This document shows positions 40,963 to 56,311 of a stretch of 64,000 nucleotides of DNA, in pieces. The DNA lies in contig OZ024742.1 of the NCBI GenBank assembly GCA_964016885.1, positions 62,186,001 to 62,250,000 on the forward strand, given 5' to 3'. The notes under the pieces were generated by a model, which saw only the letters and a program-made list of their open reading frames with translations, was not told where the DNA came from and did not search any database. Position 1 is the stretch's first letter. The number at the start of each line of letters is the position of its first letter. The translations under genes and the position numbers were made by a program. The DNA comes from Eledone cirrhosa. Lineage: Eukaryota.

Positions 40963-42854
40963 GTAAGTAAAATTATTTCACAAACCTTTCTACTTCAAGA
41001 TGACTGGTGTATAAATTAATAGTAATGTGGGATTATTGACTGGTCACCAAATTTATTATACAGTAATTGCTATCAATTCAGTATTTATAGTTCAATTACC
41101 TGAGTACATATCTTCCTAATAAATAACTTTTGAACAGCTCTTGAGCTCAATATTTTAGTTGGGATTTATTTCATTACAGTCAAAATGATAGTATAACCAG
41201 GAAATATCTGGTAAGTAGTCTACCAGGAAATGCATGTAATACACGATAGAGCAGGATTAAACTACCTGGGATCCTAATGTTACATGTAGAAATTTAGCTC
41301 TTTACGTTTGACCTGAATTTAACATTAAATTGTTGTTGATTACATAGTATTATGTTTATTCTAATGATAATTAAAATATAAACTGTTAATAGAATATTTA
41401 ATGTGTGCATATATATATTTATACACTGAGTATCTAGACATGTAAAGATGCCAAATTTACATATTTCCTTGTTGAGTTAATAAAAAAATTTATAAATGTC
41501 TTCCTTCTGAGCTGTTCTGTTAGAGAACGGGTTGCAGGTGGTGGATAGCAATATGGCCACCAGATGTGATGGCTAGTTATGACACAAGCGGGCTACTGCT
41601 GGATGAATAAGCAAACTCTGGACCAACTGTGGTAAACTACTAGGGGAGATCAAGCAATGGGTGACACCTATGGCTCCCAAGAAAACTCTCACAACTCAGT
41701 GACATAGCTACAACGAGGCAAATAAAGGCTGCCTCTATAAAAGCCTAGTCTTCGCCGGTGTGACAAAGTACCATATTAGTGACTGGCACGAATAAGACCA
41801 CTGAAACTGCAATATGATGAGGAAATAAAAGAAAAACCATACCGCACTGTGCTTCACACGGATTAATAAGCGACACATCTAGGCCTTAGGTAGAGGGGCT
41901 TGTTCGAAGATTATATTGCAGTCTCCATTTCCTGCAGGGGGAAATATTTTAACCAAATGTTAATAATTTAAACAAATGTTATATCAATACTGGTCATAGT
42001 GATATCTAATGTTCCTTTGAAATAAAGTGAAGTAATTTGAAGAATACCAGATATAATGTTATCCAGGTTTTGAAAGAACATTTTCTCAAAACTGGGGAGT
42101 TTAGGCCAGGTGAATACATTGATGTCTGACAGTAACATTCTTAGGGATTAACGAGTACACTGGTTCTCATATGACTCTCACTTTTGGTTCTAGGACATTT
42201 TTTGGTCACTCCCAGATAACTGCTTCTGCTGGTAGACGAAACTTAATGAGGGACTTGTTGCTTGGTGTTGGGATGGGCATTGTCAAGCATTTCTAAGACC
42301 TATTGAAATGCCATGATGAACATGGAGTCAAATATCATATCTAGAGTGGAACCCCAATGACTAGCTGCACCAGTTATGGGATTTTATTGATTGAACCACA
42401 CAGCTGGTTATATATCTAGCATATGTTGTGGTTAAATACAGCCACAGAGGATCTTTGTGATGTCTTTAAAAACCCCTAGAAAAATGATGGTATCTCTGAT
42501 ATCATCCCCCCAGTAAAAGCCTCATATATCACATTGCCACAGGTTCTAATCTACCTCCAGTATGGTGTCGAAGCTACCATTTCATACAACACAAAAGACA
42601 ATGTGGTATCTTCTCTTTTGTGAGACACCACACTAGAAGTAATAGTCAAATATACATGAAATGATACCTTACTATCATAAATCTACTTGATAAGTGATGA
42701 CCTAAACAACAATATTTGTAAATTGTGAACTGAAATGACTTATAACTAAAAATTGAAACATAGATTCCTTCCACAATTATCTGTTTCCTATACTTATACC
42801 TATATATTCTAAGAATTATTCAAATTTAAAAAAATGCAGTTTTTTATTCTCCAG

Positions 42855-43024
42855 GTAAATGGCATAAGATCTATGTGTTACCGAATGGCTGCCGATTAGG
42901 AAGCAAAAGATTGTATAATGGGTATTACAATATTTCTGATATAAATGATTGTAAGAACACAACATGTTCTGAAGCCTACCGAGATCATTTTATAAACACT
43001 TGGACAAATATATCAGTTGAGAAT
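42855..43024 (+). CDS. Second coding exon of the PAN-domain gene
   Basis: TTTTTATTCTCCAG acceptor, phase-1 join G|GT gives Gly; GKWHKIYVLPNGCRLGSKRLYNGYY..CSEAYRDHFINTWTNISVEN; GTAAGA donor. Confidence 0.75.
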
Positions 43025-43084
43025 GTAAGACATTTTAGTTATTTACTTTCCATATTTTATATGTATGTACGTTCTCGTGGTTAG

Positions 43085-44350
43085 AATTTTTACACCATGA
43101 GAGAGAGAGGGGGGGGGGAGGCTGGCTTGTAACCCATCATGTTTTGATCTGTATATTTTGAATTAAACATGGAAAGAAGAACCTTTCTTTGTTTCAATAT
43201 CTACACATGTATATACACAGTTATTACATGCTTACCTTCTGGAATATTTTAAATATTTTTGCAGTTCCATTAATGGATTATACTTGTAATTTTTCAATTA
43301 ACCATGCTTTTGTTTATATTCCTGTGAAGTCCAACTTTCATATTATGTGTGAGTATAATCTCCACATCACTATAATCTTTGATATTGGTATCTTCATGAC
43401 TATCTCTTTTACAGATAGCATTATATAGTGTTTTGATCACTACATCATGCTGCATAGATAGATAGTACCATGATGATATTTTAAAACAGCTGCTTATTTT
43501 GTTTGTAACATCCAAGAGGTTTATTCCACAGACTCTGCATCTGTTGTCATAGCTAAGTGTTTATCTCAAGCTCTATTCATTTTGTGTAATAGGTATTTCA
43601 TTGGTATTTCCTGTTCCTCGATTGCCAAAGTATATCCTTCATGATGTGAGCTAATATACCAGCTGATGGTCCTGATGACAACCTTAGTTATCTATATATT
43701 TCTCACTTAGAAATATTTTGACAATACTGCCAAAATGTTTTTTCTGCTGATAAGCATACACTATTTTATCCACTGATTCGTTGTGGTAGTGCTGTGAAAT
43801 TTCCCTAAAGCTCCTTTCCAACTCTCATGATATTATCTACCTCATGTTGACAGATTTGTTTCATGGATGAGCTTCTATGTTTGGTAGATAGTAAATGTTA
43901 CGGAAAGGATATGATGTGACATTCAGAAGCTGTTTCTATTGATGTTAAACTTCTGCCTTTATGTTTACATTTTAGGTAGAGGAAATTTTGTGGAATCTTC
44001 CAGGCCAATTAGAATTTTCCGAGTTCTAATTTCAATTTCTTGGGAACCAATTATGTACTCTTCATATTTCCTCAGCATAATCTCATCCAAGTTTTTGCAC
44101 CCTTATGTAGAATGTTTTCATTATTCAGAGGTTCAACAGCTTCGTTTCAAGTGAAAGGTAGAATCACCCAACCAGCAAAAAATCACAACAAACACCCTGC
44201 AGTTGAATTATTTATTTATACAGCACACCTCTACTGTGTACTAATCAGTTTTGGCTATCCATTATATTTCTGAATGGATCTTATAAAGATCGGTGTCATT
44301 CTTCATATCTGCAAAATTATGTTTAAATAGTATGTGTAACAACAGTTTGT
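43085..44350 (-). mobile_element. Older decayed R4/Dong-type fragment
   Basis: ISSCFKISSWYYLSMQHDVVIKTLYNAI; GYTLAIEEQEI, matching 28770-29700. Confidence 0.75.
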
Positions 44351-44489
44351 ACGAAAAGTGGAAGTCGTTATGGCTCTCACTTTTCGTAAAGATGGCTGTG
44401 TATATTTGTTATTTATATTTGTGTGTATGTGGCTTGCAACTGTTTTAAAAATTCTATGTATCAGCCATTACGGTTCTCACTTGTCATCC

Positions 44490-46878
44490 ACCGGCCCCAC
44501 CTCCACCACGATGTACCCCACAGCATAGGTTAGTCGTTAGTGACATCTCAGTAAGCAAGAGAAAAAAGAGACATACAGGAAGGTGTGGAAAAGAAAGGTC
44601 TAGAAGCTAAAGGACCTTTCATTAAAATATAAATTTAACAAAGCCCTTCAAGATGTGTACGACGAAAAAGAAGACGAGTTAGAGTTGTATGACAGATGAT
44701 AACTGGAATTTGTTGCGTGACAATTTATTGCAGGCTACTGATGAAACTTTTGGCTGGAGCAGAGCTTCAACCAGACAGAAAGTGACCTGGTGGTGGAACA
44801 GCACGGTAGATAGGGCCATTAGAGACAAAAGACTGGCATGGAAAGCTTGGAAAAATGGTGGGAGTAGAGACGGATGCACAAGAGAGAAGTTAGACGTCAG
44901 GTGTACTTAGCACGCAGGGAGGCTGAGAGTAGGAGGTTTGCCAATATTCTGCGATGGGAAGATTAGAGGCGTGCGGTGTTCCACATTGCAAGGCAGTGTG
45001 TCAGTGCAAATCAGGATGTTGTTGGAGATAAGTGTGTCCGGAATGATGCCGGTGTACTTAGTGTCACGAATGATCAAACGAAGGAGGCCTGGAAATGTTA
45101 TTATGAGAGACTGATGAATGTAGAGAACGAATGGGACAGAGAGGAATTACCCCAGTAGACCCAACAGAGGGACCAGCTATTGAGATTGGCGAATATAGGG
45201 TACAAGAGGCAATTAAGGAAATGAAGAATAGTAAGGTTACTGGACGGTCGGTGATAGTTGCTGAGATGCTGAAGGCATCAGGAGAAGTAGGCACTAAACT
45301 AGTTGCACGCATCATTAATCAAGCTATACATGGTGGTGTCATACTCAAAGACGAGTGCAGCAGTATTCTCACAAATTGCTACAAAGGTAAAGGGGATGCT
45401 CTAGAGAGGAACAATTATAGGGGCATAAAGCTGATGGATCAGGTTATGAAAGTGGCAGAGAGAATATTAACGCAACTGATTAGAGAAAGGGTCAATTTAG
45501 ATGCGATGCAGTTTGGTTTTGTGCCTCGGAAAAGTACAACAGATGCCCTTTTCTTAGTGAGGCAACTACAAGACAGGTTCTTAGAGAAGAATAAGACACT
45601 ATACTTAGCTTTTGTTGACCTAGAGAAGGCTTTTGATAGGGTACCCCGATCTGTCATCTGGTGGTCCCTAAGGAAACTAGGTGTAGAGGAATGGCTTGTG
45701 AGGACAGTGCAAGCTATGTACAGGGGTGCTGTCAGTAAAGTGAGAATAGGAATGGAGTTTAGTGAGGAATTCCAGATACAAGTAGGTGTACATCAAGGTT
45801 CGGTCCTCAGCCCACTCGTGTTCATTATAGTCCCCCAAGCCATAACAGAGGAGTGTAAGACTGGACGTCCATGGGAACTTCTCTATGCTGATGATCTGGT
45901 TCTTATCGCAGAATCAGTAGAGGAACTAGAGAATAAATTCTGGCTATGGAAACAGCAATTGGAATCAAGAGGTCTGAGAGTGAACATAACTAAAACAAAA
46001 GTGTTGATAAGTAGAAGAGAAGACAATACTCTGATTCCACCAAGGAAATGGCCATGTTCGATATGTATGAAAGGAACTGGCATAAATTCCATAAAATGTA
46101 CGCAATGCAGATCTTGGGTACACAAGAGATGTAGTGGGATAGCAGGCAAACTAACAGGTAGGGAAAACTACGTATGCAGTAGATGTACAGGGAAAGTTGG
46201 CAGTAGTAATCGCTGTGATAGACTCATTTTTCCAATGCAGGTGGGTTCTATAGAAGTGGTTGATAGCTTCCGGTACCTAGGTGATCAGATTAGCATGGGA
46301 GGGGGGGGGGGTTCCGAGGCCATAGTATCTAGAATAAGGACGGATTGGAAGAAGTTTAGGGAGCTGCCTCCTCTGTTGACAAAGAAGGGTTTCTCCCTGT
46401 GTACGAAAGGACGGTTATATGATGCCTATGTGAGATGCGCGATGCTGCATGGTAGTGAGACATGGACAGCAACTGCTGAAGATATGCGACGGCTGGAGAG
46501 AAATGAAGCAAGTATGCTCTGTTGGATGTGCAATGTCAATGTGCGTGAACGACCAAGCATAGACGAGTTGAGAAAGAAACTGGGTATAAGAAGGATAAGT
46601 TGTGGAGTGCAGGAGAGAAGGCTGAGATGGTGTGGATATGTGATGCGCATGGAAGATAATCGCTGGGTGAAGAAGTGCCAGGAAGTCGCAGTGGAGGGAA
46701 GACACAATAGAGGTAGACCACGAAAAACATGGGCGGAGCTGGTGAGAGTAGACCTCAAATCGCTGAAACTCACCGAGGAGATGACGAAGGACTGTGACAA
46801 GTGGAGAATGCTGTGCTGAATATGACTCGTCCAACCCTTGCAAGGAGGGAAAAGCGGACGTATAATGATGATGATGAT
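44490..46878 (+). mobile_element. RTE-clade LINE with 562-aa RT ORF (45131-46819)
   Basis: FVDLEKAFDRVPR, GVHQGSVLSP, LLYADD, FRYLGD, HGSETW; (TGA)n tail. Confidence 0.95.
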
Positions 46879-47084
46879 ATTACTCACAAAACCACAAACC
46901 CTAAATATTTCTCTCAGCTTTATATATCACTAGCAGAATGGCCCGGCGTTGCTCGGGATTTGCTCTAGGGTTCTTATATATTTGATATATATTTATCCTT
47001 ATCGAGCCTCGTGAAATAAATACGTTTGTTTATATTTTGTTATTGTGTATGCAAAAATATCTGTACACGAATATATAATTATAT

Positions 47085-47402
47085 ATCTATATATCTATAT
47101 ATCTATATATCTATATATCTAAAACAGAGAATGTCTGTCTGTCTGTCCGCTCACTAAAACTCGAGAACCACCCAACTGATTGTTTTCAAACTTTACACAT
47201 GTAATACTTATGGTCCTGTGAGTGTTTTGAGCAGAAAAAGATTTCAAATTTTCAATGCCCTAGGGGCCGCATTAGGCGATTTAGCGATCTCTCTCTCTAT
47301 AATTCTTAGTCTTTCTCTTTTTAGATAGATACATAGATATAACGTTGCGCCCTTATAATATCTGTCTGAATGCCTGCTGTCTGCATTATAACATTATGAC
47401 GC

Positions 47403-47484
<82 letters not shown>

Positions 47485-47745
47485 TGTGTGTGTGTATATA
47501 TATGTATATATATATATATATAGTGTGTGTATATATATTTATAGTGTGTAACGTTTTTCGAAATATTTACTTCTGCGTTCACAGATTGATTTTTTTAGTT
47601 TCAGAAGATCCCGTTAAGGGTGAAAGCAGCGATTCTTTGCTTAAACTTTAATCTGTTATTAAGACAGACAGACATTCTCTGTTTTAGATATATAGACTAG
47701 CAGAAAACCACCCGGTGGGCGGTTTTCTGCTAGCAAATCTAGTGT
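47085..47745. mobile_element. Non-autonomous Helitron-like ends enclosing a PLE pseudo-LTR piece
   Basis: TCTATATATCTAAAACAGAGAATGTCTGTCTGTCT and its inverse at 47661-47696; hairpin CTAGCAGAAAACCACCC..GGGCGGTTTTCTGCTAG, similar at 760-795. Confidence 0.5.
47581..47656 (+). ncRNA. Extended type I hammerhead-like motif, U4A core variant
   Basis: ACAGATTGA..AGTTT CAGAAGA TCCC GTTAA GGGT GAAA GCA GCGATTCTT TGC TT AAACT TTAATCTGT. Confidence 0.65.
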
Positions 47746-48593
47746 ATATACTGATATTGTTGAGATTTGGATGAGAAATGTTTTCGGCACCACATGTTCA
47801 CCGTCTCTCTGTGTGTCTTTTATGCATGTATAAATATATATGTTATCTATACGGTGAAATCTTTGAAATAAATATATGTTAAAACGAAAAAGGAGAAAAA
47901 GAGATTAGGGACGGAAATATAAACGTTATGATACATAAAAGTTATGATATAACGAGGGAAATATATCTTCAAATGGTTCTTGGCATGGTGTCAAGTCAGA
48001 ACCGCCTCGAACTGGTTACTTCTGGCTTGTGAAAGGTGTCTCTATAGCAACCAGCGATTCCCTCGGCCTCAGTGACCAAAGTCAGTGGAGAGGGGAAGGT
48101 AATGTTTCTATAGCGACAGTGTTTCTCTTGGTAGTACCAAAGTGGAGAAAGGAAGGGGAAGGTAATATTTCTGTAGCACCTACATTTGAGTTTTAGGGAA
48201 GGACAGACAGACAGACAAACAGAGAAATGCCCATATATTTCTGTGTGTGTATATATATATATATATATATTACACACACAGAAATGTATATATATTTCTG
48301 TGTGTATATATATATATATTACACACACAGAAAAGTATATATATTTCTGTGTGTATATATATATATATATATATATTTCTGTGTGTGTGTATATATATAT
48401 ATTACACACACAGAAATGTATATATATTTCTGTGTGTATATATATATACACACACAGAAATGTATATATATTTCTTAGAACAAAATTATAATTAATGTTT
48501 TGCTGTTCATACAATTGGAATTGAAAAATTACTTTTGAAATTATTAGTTATTTTACTAATTCTTAGATATGTAAAAATGAAGCAATGTTTCTA

Positions 48594-48783
48594 ATAATTG
48601 TTTCTACTTTTGGCACAAGGCCAGCAATTACCCAGTACATTACTGGTACTTTATTTTATCGACCCCGTGAGGATGAAAGGCAAAGTTAACCTCGGCGGTA
48701 TTTGAACTCAGACCGTAAAGGGACGTAACTCCATGCTATGAAGCATGGTGTCCGACTCTACAGATTCTGCCAATCCACCGCCC
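48594..48783 (-). mobile_element. tRNA-derived SINE
   Basis: Reverse complement of the family. Confidence 0.88.
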
Positions 48784-49209
48784 TAATGTATGTACGTAAT
48801 GAGGGAGTGAGAGGGGAGAAAAAGAAAGGCAGAGGTGAAGTGATGAAGTGACTCTCTCCTCCTCCTCCTCCTCCTCCTCCTCCCCATTCGTTACAAGCGA
48901 TAGAGGGGAGGAATGTTAGTGTGTTACAAAGAGAAAGAGTGAGAGTGAGAGAAACAGACAGACTAAAAGAGAGGGATAGCTGGAGAGAGAGAGAGATAGC
49001 AACCACGCGCGCACGTGTTTCCACTGTCGGACAGACAGACAGAGAAATTGCTGGTTATATATTATAAGGAGATTACGTCTTCTTATTGAAACAAAAGTTA
49101 TTCTGTAAAATAGTTTTATCAATAGAGCAATTTTAAATATACTATAATTTTCATATAGAATTCATATTCAATTTAAAAAAATAGTAAGTGACCTTTAAAT
49201 ATTTCTGAA

Positions 49210-49449
49210 TCAGTTTCTTAAGTTAATTTTTATCACTCTACATTCCATAGTTTCATTAAATAATTCAATATTGTGGTGGAGTTGGTTGTCTGCAAGTGTA
49301 ATCTCCGTAAGCTGGAGTGACTGTTTCAGTGCATCACCCTCGCTGTCCTCAGAAGTAATGCATTCTTCATCCTGTCGGTTGAGACCCAGTGGCAGAGAGC
49401 AAGACACTGACAATAACAACAACAACATTAACACCACCACCAACAACAT
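49210..49449 (-). CDS. Putative small secreted protein or first coding exon, function unknown
   Basis: Acceptor-like TTTCCAAATATAG just before GCAAAAATG; strong signal peptide MLLVVVLMLLLLLSVSCS; non-repetitive acidic body. Confidence 0.45.
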   Translation of the reverse strand: MLLVVVLMLLLLLSVSCSLPLGLNRQDEECITSEDSEGDALKQSLQLTEITLADNQLHHNIELFNETMECRVIKINLRN

Positions 49450-49631
49450 TTTTGCCTATATTTGGAAACACCAAAGCAATCCATGAATTCAAGCCATGTA
49501 ATCCTTACTTCTACATTCAACCTCATACAGTGCTAAGTAAGAGTTAAGACACATGCCTCCAATATACATAAATATATGTATGTATATATCTAAAGTCTAA
49601 AATCTGTCTTAAGAGGGCTCATTTGACCAGT

Positions 49632-49878
49632 GCTTATCCTAGTTTCATGGCGTGAAGCGACTGAGAGTACAAGACTTCCCCATGGACAGGACGCCAGTCC
49701 ATCGCAGGGTTAAACCCCCGGCTATTGCTGGTACTTATTTTCATCTGAGTAAACTGGCGCAACGTGAAATGAAGTGTTTTGCTCAAGAACACAAAATGCA
49801 ACTCAGAAATTGAACCCACAACATTATGATCGTAAGTTCAACACCCTTACCATTACCACTAGGCCACATGCCTCCACT
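49632..49878 (-). mobile_element. Second tRNA-derived SINE family (CORE-like domain)
   Basis: Minus: TGGCCTAGTGG A-box, GGTTCAATTTC B-box, TGTGTTCTTGAGCAAAACACTT; partial relatives at about 12190-12275 and 35830-35915. Confidence 0.7.
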
Positions 49879-50125
49879 TATATATATATATAAGTATATA
49901 TAAGTATATATGAGTATATATAAGTATATATAAGTATATATAGATTAGAGCAAACATCACGGACGCTCTATCTCAAAATTATTTTTGAAAAGCATTAGAA
50001 ATGCGCAACCGGTAAAACTTAAAACCAAAACTGAATACTAACCGATACTATTACTAATTCTCACTTATTCCTAATTAAACTATTTTTCACTGTGAACAAT
50101 TTGTCAGCATTTTCTTTTCCGTTTA

Positions 50126-52643
<2,518 letters not shown>

Positions 52644-55227
52644 CAGTTCAAGAGTAACCAATCTTAAAGAGAGAGATTGAGATAGTAGAGGAGATATGAG
52701 AGGAAAGATTGGTGAGTTAGTTAGAAGCCAAAGCGTAAAGGCATGTGCTCAATGTGCAATATGCAGTAGAAAGCAGCTAGGTGGCTGGGTTCATGCAGAG
52801 GTTAGGTGCGCAGAGCTGGAAATATTCATTAGTTAAGCAAAACAAGACCACAAATTTCACAAGGAAGACATTATTAAAAGATTGTCAACATATTTAGTTT
52901 GATGTAAGGAATCTAGAGAATAATAATAATAATAATATTAATAATAATAATGCCCGTTTACAATTGTTTCGCTACTCCGTATAATATTTCTGGATCAGAT
53001 CGTAATTGATCTGGTTCAGTTGAAAATAATTAACATATTTAAAAAAACAGAGTGGCTCATCGGAACTCAAAGGAATATAAATTAAAATAATGTTACATAA
53101 TATAATGTTCCATATATTAGTTTTTACTATGGTGCCTTTGTTTCATCAGCTGTCAGCCATAATCAAGCAGTACTCATCTGTCGAGGCTGCATTGTGTGAG
53201 ATCTGCCTATGGGTAACAAGATGACTGCCAAAGGGCATATTTACCTTACTTATTAGAGGGTGGTTTCAGGGGAAGTAACTTCTCGAGAGATTAGAGATTG
53301 TGTGTATTTTATAGTTATGTGCTAGTATTTAAATTATTTAATTGAGAGACAATGTAGGGGAGGTAACTTATAATTATCGAGTTGTTCATAGCAATTTAAC
53401 TTATTAGCTACAATTAGAGATGGGGCTACATGACTAAGTTGGGTCAAAAACTCTATTGGCGAAGGAATTAGCCCTTCGATGTTGACAGCTAATGGTTACC
53501 TCCGTTCTGTCGTTAATTGGTAGAGGTCTTGATAGAGTTATGTAATATGCTTCCGTAACACAGAGATCACAAGATTTCCTTCGTCCATTGAACGGTTGGG
53601 CCCTAGCTACGATATCCCATTTTAGTGAGTGTTGAACTTTGTTTAATTTAAGGTTTTTAATGAGCCTAGCTAGCGATGTCGAACATCTGTTGCTAGGGTC
53701 TCGGAAGGAAAACGAGTGCGCGTTATAGCGTACCTTAAAAGGGTTAGAGGTAGACCCGATATAAGAGCTGGTATTCGAAGCAGTCTCAACTGTGCACCTA
53801 TAGACTATGTTGGGTGTCAGGCAGTGTCCATTTAATGGGCATGCATTTGGGTACCGGCAGTTGTAGTTGCTTCTGCGGTTAGTGAGAGTAGGGTTATTTA
53901 ACCTAAGTAGTTGGTCCGTGCTAGAAGGATTAGATGGGGGAGGTGTGCTACTAGAGTAATTATTGGTGTAGTGGCGTGGTGTATTTGATAGGGGTGGTTG
54001 TACCGCGGTGTGGGAGTTATAGTGTCTTAGCTTATGATGGTTATTGAATGCGATGTGGCTAGCTAGGTTAGGTGTAGTGGAGAATGAGATTTTAATGTTG
54101 TTTTTATTAAAGAATTTGTAATATCTATGGTTAGGGGGGAAGTGTTTGGATAGGATAGAGAAGAAGCGATTGGGGATATTAGTGGCTAGATTGGATGAGA
54201 ATGGTGGGTTAAGCCAGGTGATATTTCTAGGCCTATTCCTTCTAGGGGTTCTAGTGGAGTTGGTAGGGGCCTTCCTAAGGTTATTATTACCTGGGGGTTT
54301 GTTATTTGTCTTCCCATTTCTCATTCCTATTCTAGGGTTGATTCTAAGTTTGCTACTAGGAGTGGGAAGCAGGCCGCTGCCACCATTAAAGTTCCCTGTA
54401 TAGGTGCTGTTACTGCTAAAATTCCGGCGAATCTGGCTATATGCTAAGGTATTTCTAGTTCTGGTGTTAAGTTTATTATGGTGAGTTGCTGAGTTATGGC
54501 ATTTTGGTATGTAATAAATTGATTGTTTATAACCAAATTCAGAGAGAGCCTTATTATAATATTGTGCGTGGTTTATAAATATCTCTTCATTTGCTGATAG
54601 CATTGAGATCCTATAGGAGATAGATTTGATTACTGCTCTGATGACTGCCGGTGGGTGGTTAGAGTGTGGGCTAATATATGTGAGTATTACGCCTGGTTTA
54701 TGGTAAGGGTTATAAAGGTTATTGTTGAGATCAAGGGTGACGTCTAGGATTCGCCAATAGAGTTTTTGACCCAACTTAATCATGTAGCCCCATCTCTAAT
54801 TGTAGCTAATAAGTTAAATTGCTATGAACAACTCGATAATTATAAGTTACCTCCTCTACATTGTCTCTCAATTAAATAATTTAAATACTAGCACATAACT
54901 ATAAAATACACACAATCTCTAATCTCTCGAGAAGTTACTTCCCCTGAAACCACCCTCTAATTAGTAAGGTAAATATGCCCCTTGGCAGCCATCTTGTTAC
55001 CCATGAGTACTGCTTGATTATGGCTGACAGCTGATGAAACAAAGGCACCATAGTAAAAACTAATATATGGAACATTATATTATGTAACATTATTTTAATT
55101 TATATTCCTTTGAGTTCCGATGAGCCACTCTGTTTTTTTAAATATGTTAATTATTTCCAACTGAACCAGATCAATTACGATCTGATCCAGAAATATTATA
55201 CGGAGTAGCGAAACAATTGTAAACGGG

Positions 55228-55268
<41 letters not shown>

Positions 55269-55539
55269 TCTAGATTCCTTACATCAAACTAAATATGTTG
55301 ACAATCTTTTAATAATGTCTTCCTTGTGAAATTTGTGGTCTTGTTTTGCTTAACTAATGAATATTTCCAGCTCTGCGCACCTAACCTCTGCATGAACCCA
55401 GCCACCTAGCTGCTTTCTACTGCATATTGCACATTGAGCACATGCCTTTACGCTTTGGCTTCTAACTAACTCACCAATCTTTCCTCTCATATCTCCTCTA
55501 CTATCTCAATCTCTCTCTTTAAGATTGGTTACTCTTGAA

Positions 55540-55543
<4 letters not shown>
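52644..55543 (-). mobile_element. 5'-truncated Naiad-like PLE with long inverted terminal arms
   Basis: ORF 53434-54783: LDVTLDL, YHKP, SNHPP, WLNPPFS, NCRYPNACPLNGHC, VYRC..YIGST; arms 52644-53462 and 54751-55543. Confidence 0.92.
55114..55224 (+). ncRNA. Hammerhead-like motif with large stem II insertion (mirror copy 52956-53066 minus)
   Basis: GTT CCGATGA GC-CACTCTGT..ACGGAGTA-GC GAAA CAATTG TA AAC; U4C core. Confidence 0.55.
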
Positions 55544-55606
<63 letters not shown>

Positions 55607-56311
55607 TTGGCGCTCTGAAATAGCGATATATATATGAATGTATATATAGTGTATTTTGCAATACACTGTATGCTTAATTAAAAGTATTTCGAAGACCTTA
55701 CGCTATTGTTTTAGAGTAGTGACAGTCTCACTTACTTTTAATTTTTAGCAAACAGGGTAGATAAAGCTGGCAGAGTTGTGTTTCGTACTGATGGTACTTA
55801 TCAAAGCCAAGTACTCCACCTGTTTGCTGAAAATCATGAATGTTTGATTCTTATAGAACTTCTAGTAATAATCAGGAACTGATTATACAGAGCGGTTGCC
55901 GGTGAAGCAGAAAATTCGCTGAAAATTAAAAGTAAGTGAGACTGTCACTACTCTAAGGTATAAATGGAGTCGTAGACTAATATTCTATTTAGGAAACCTC
56001 GAGCCCTCTTTGGATTTTAGTCTTCACAATTATTATTGCAGATGTGCAATAATAAATGTCAAGACCGTTGATCAATCAATGATAAACGTTGATTGCCAAA
56101 TAAATTAACTATGGAGATATAAAAGATACAGAAGCGAAAACCAACCAAACAGTGAGTGTGTTTTGTTATTATTTCTGGGAATATTATTACAACAATATGA
56201 CCCTCCCCAAATATAAGAATATATATATATATATATATATATAATGACGGCGATGAATTTGTTTTGCAAGGTTTTTGATATGAAATCGTGTGTCGAAACA
56301 AATATTGTTAT

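Noticed and set aside
49130-49449. Interleukin-17-like gene (RSL follows the ORF)
   Set aside because: No CPW motif or cystine-knot Cys pattern downstream
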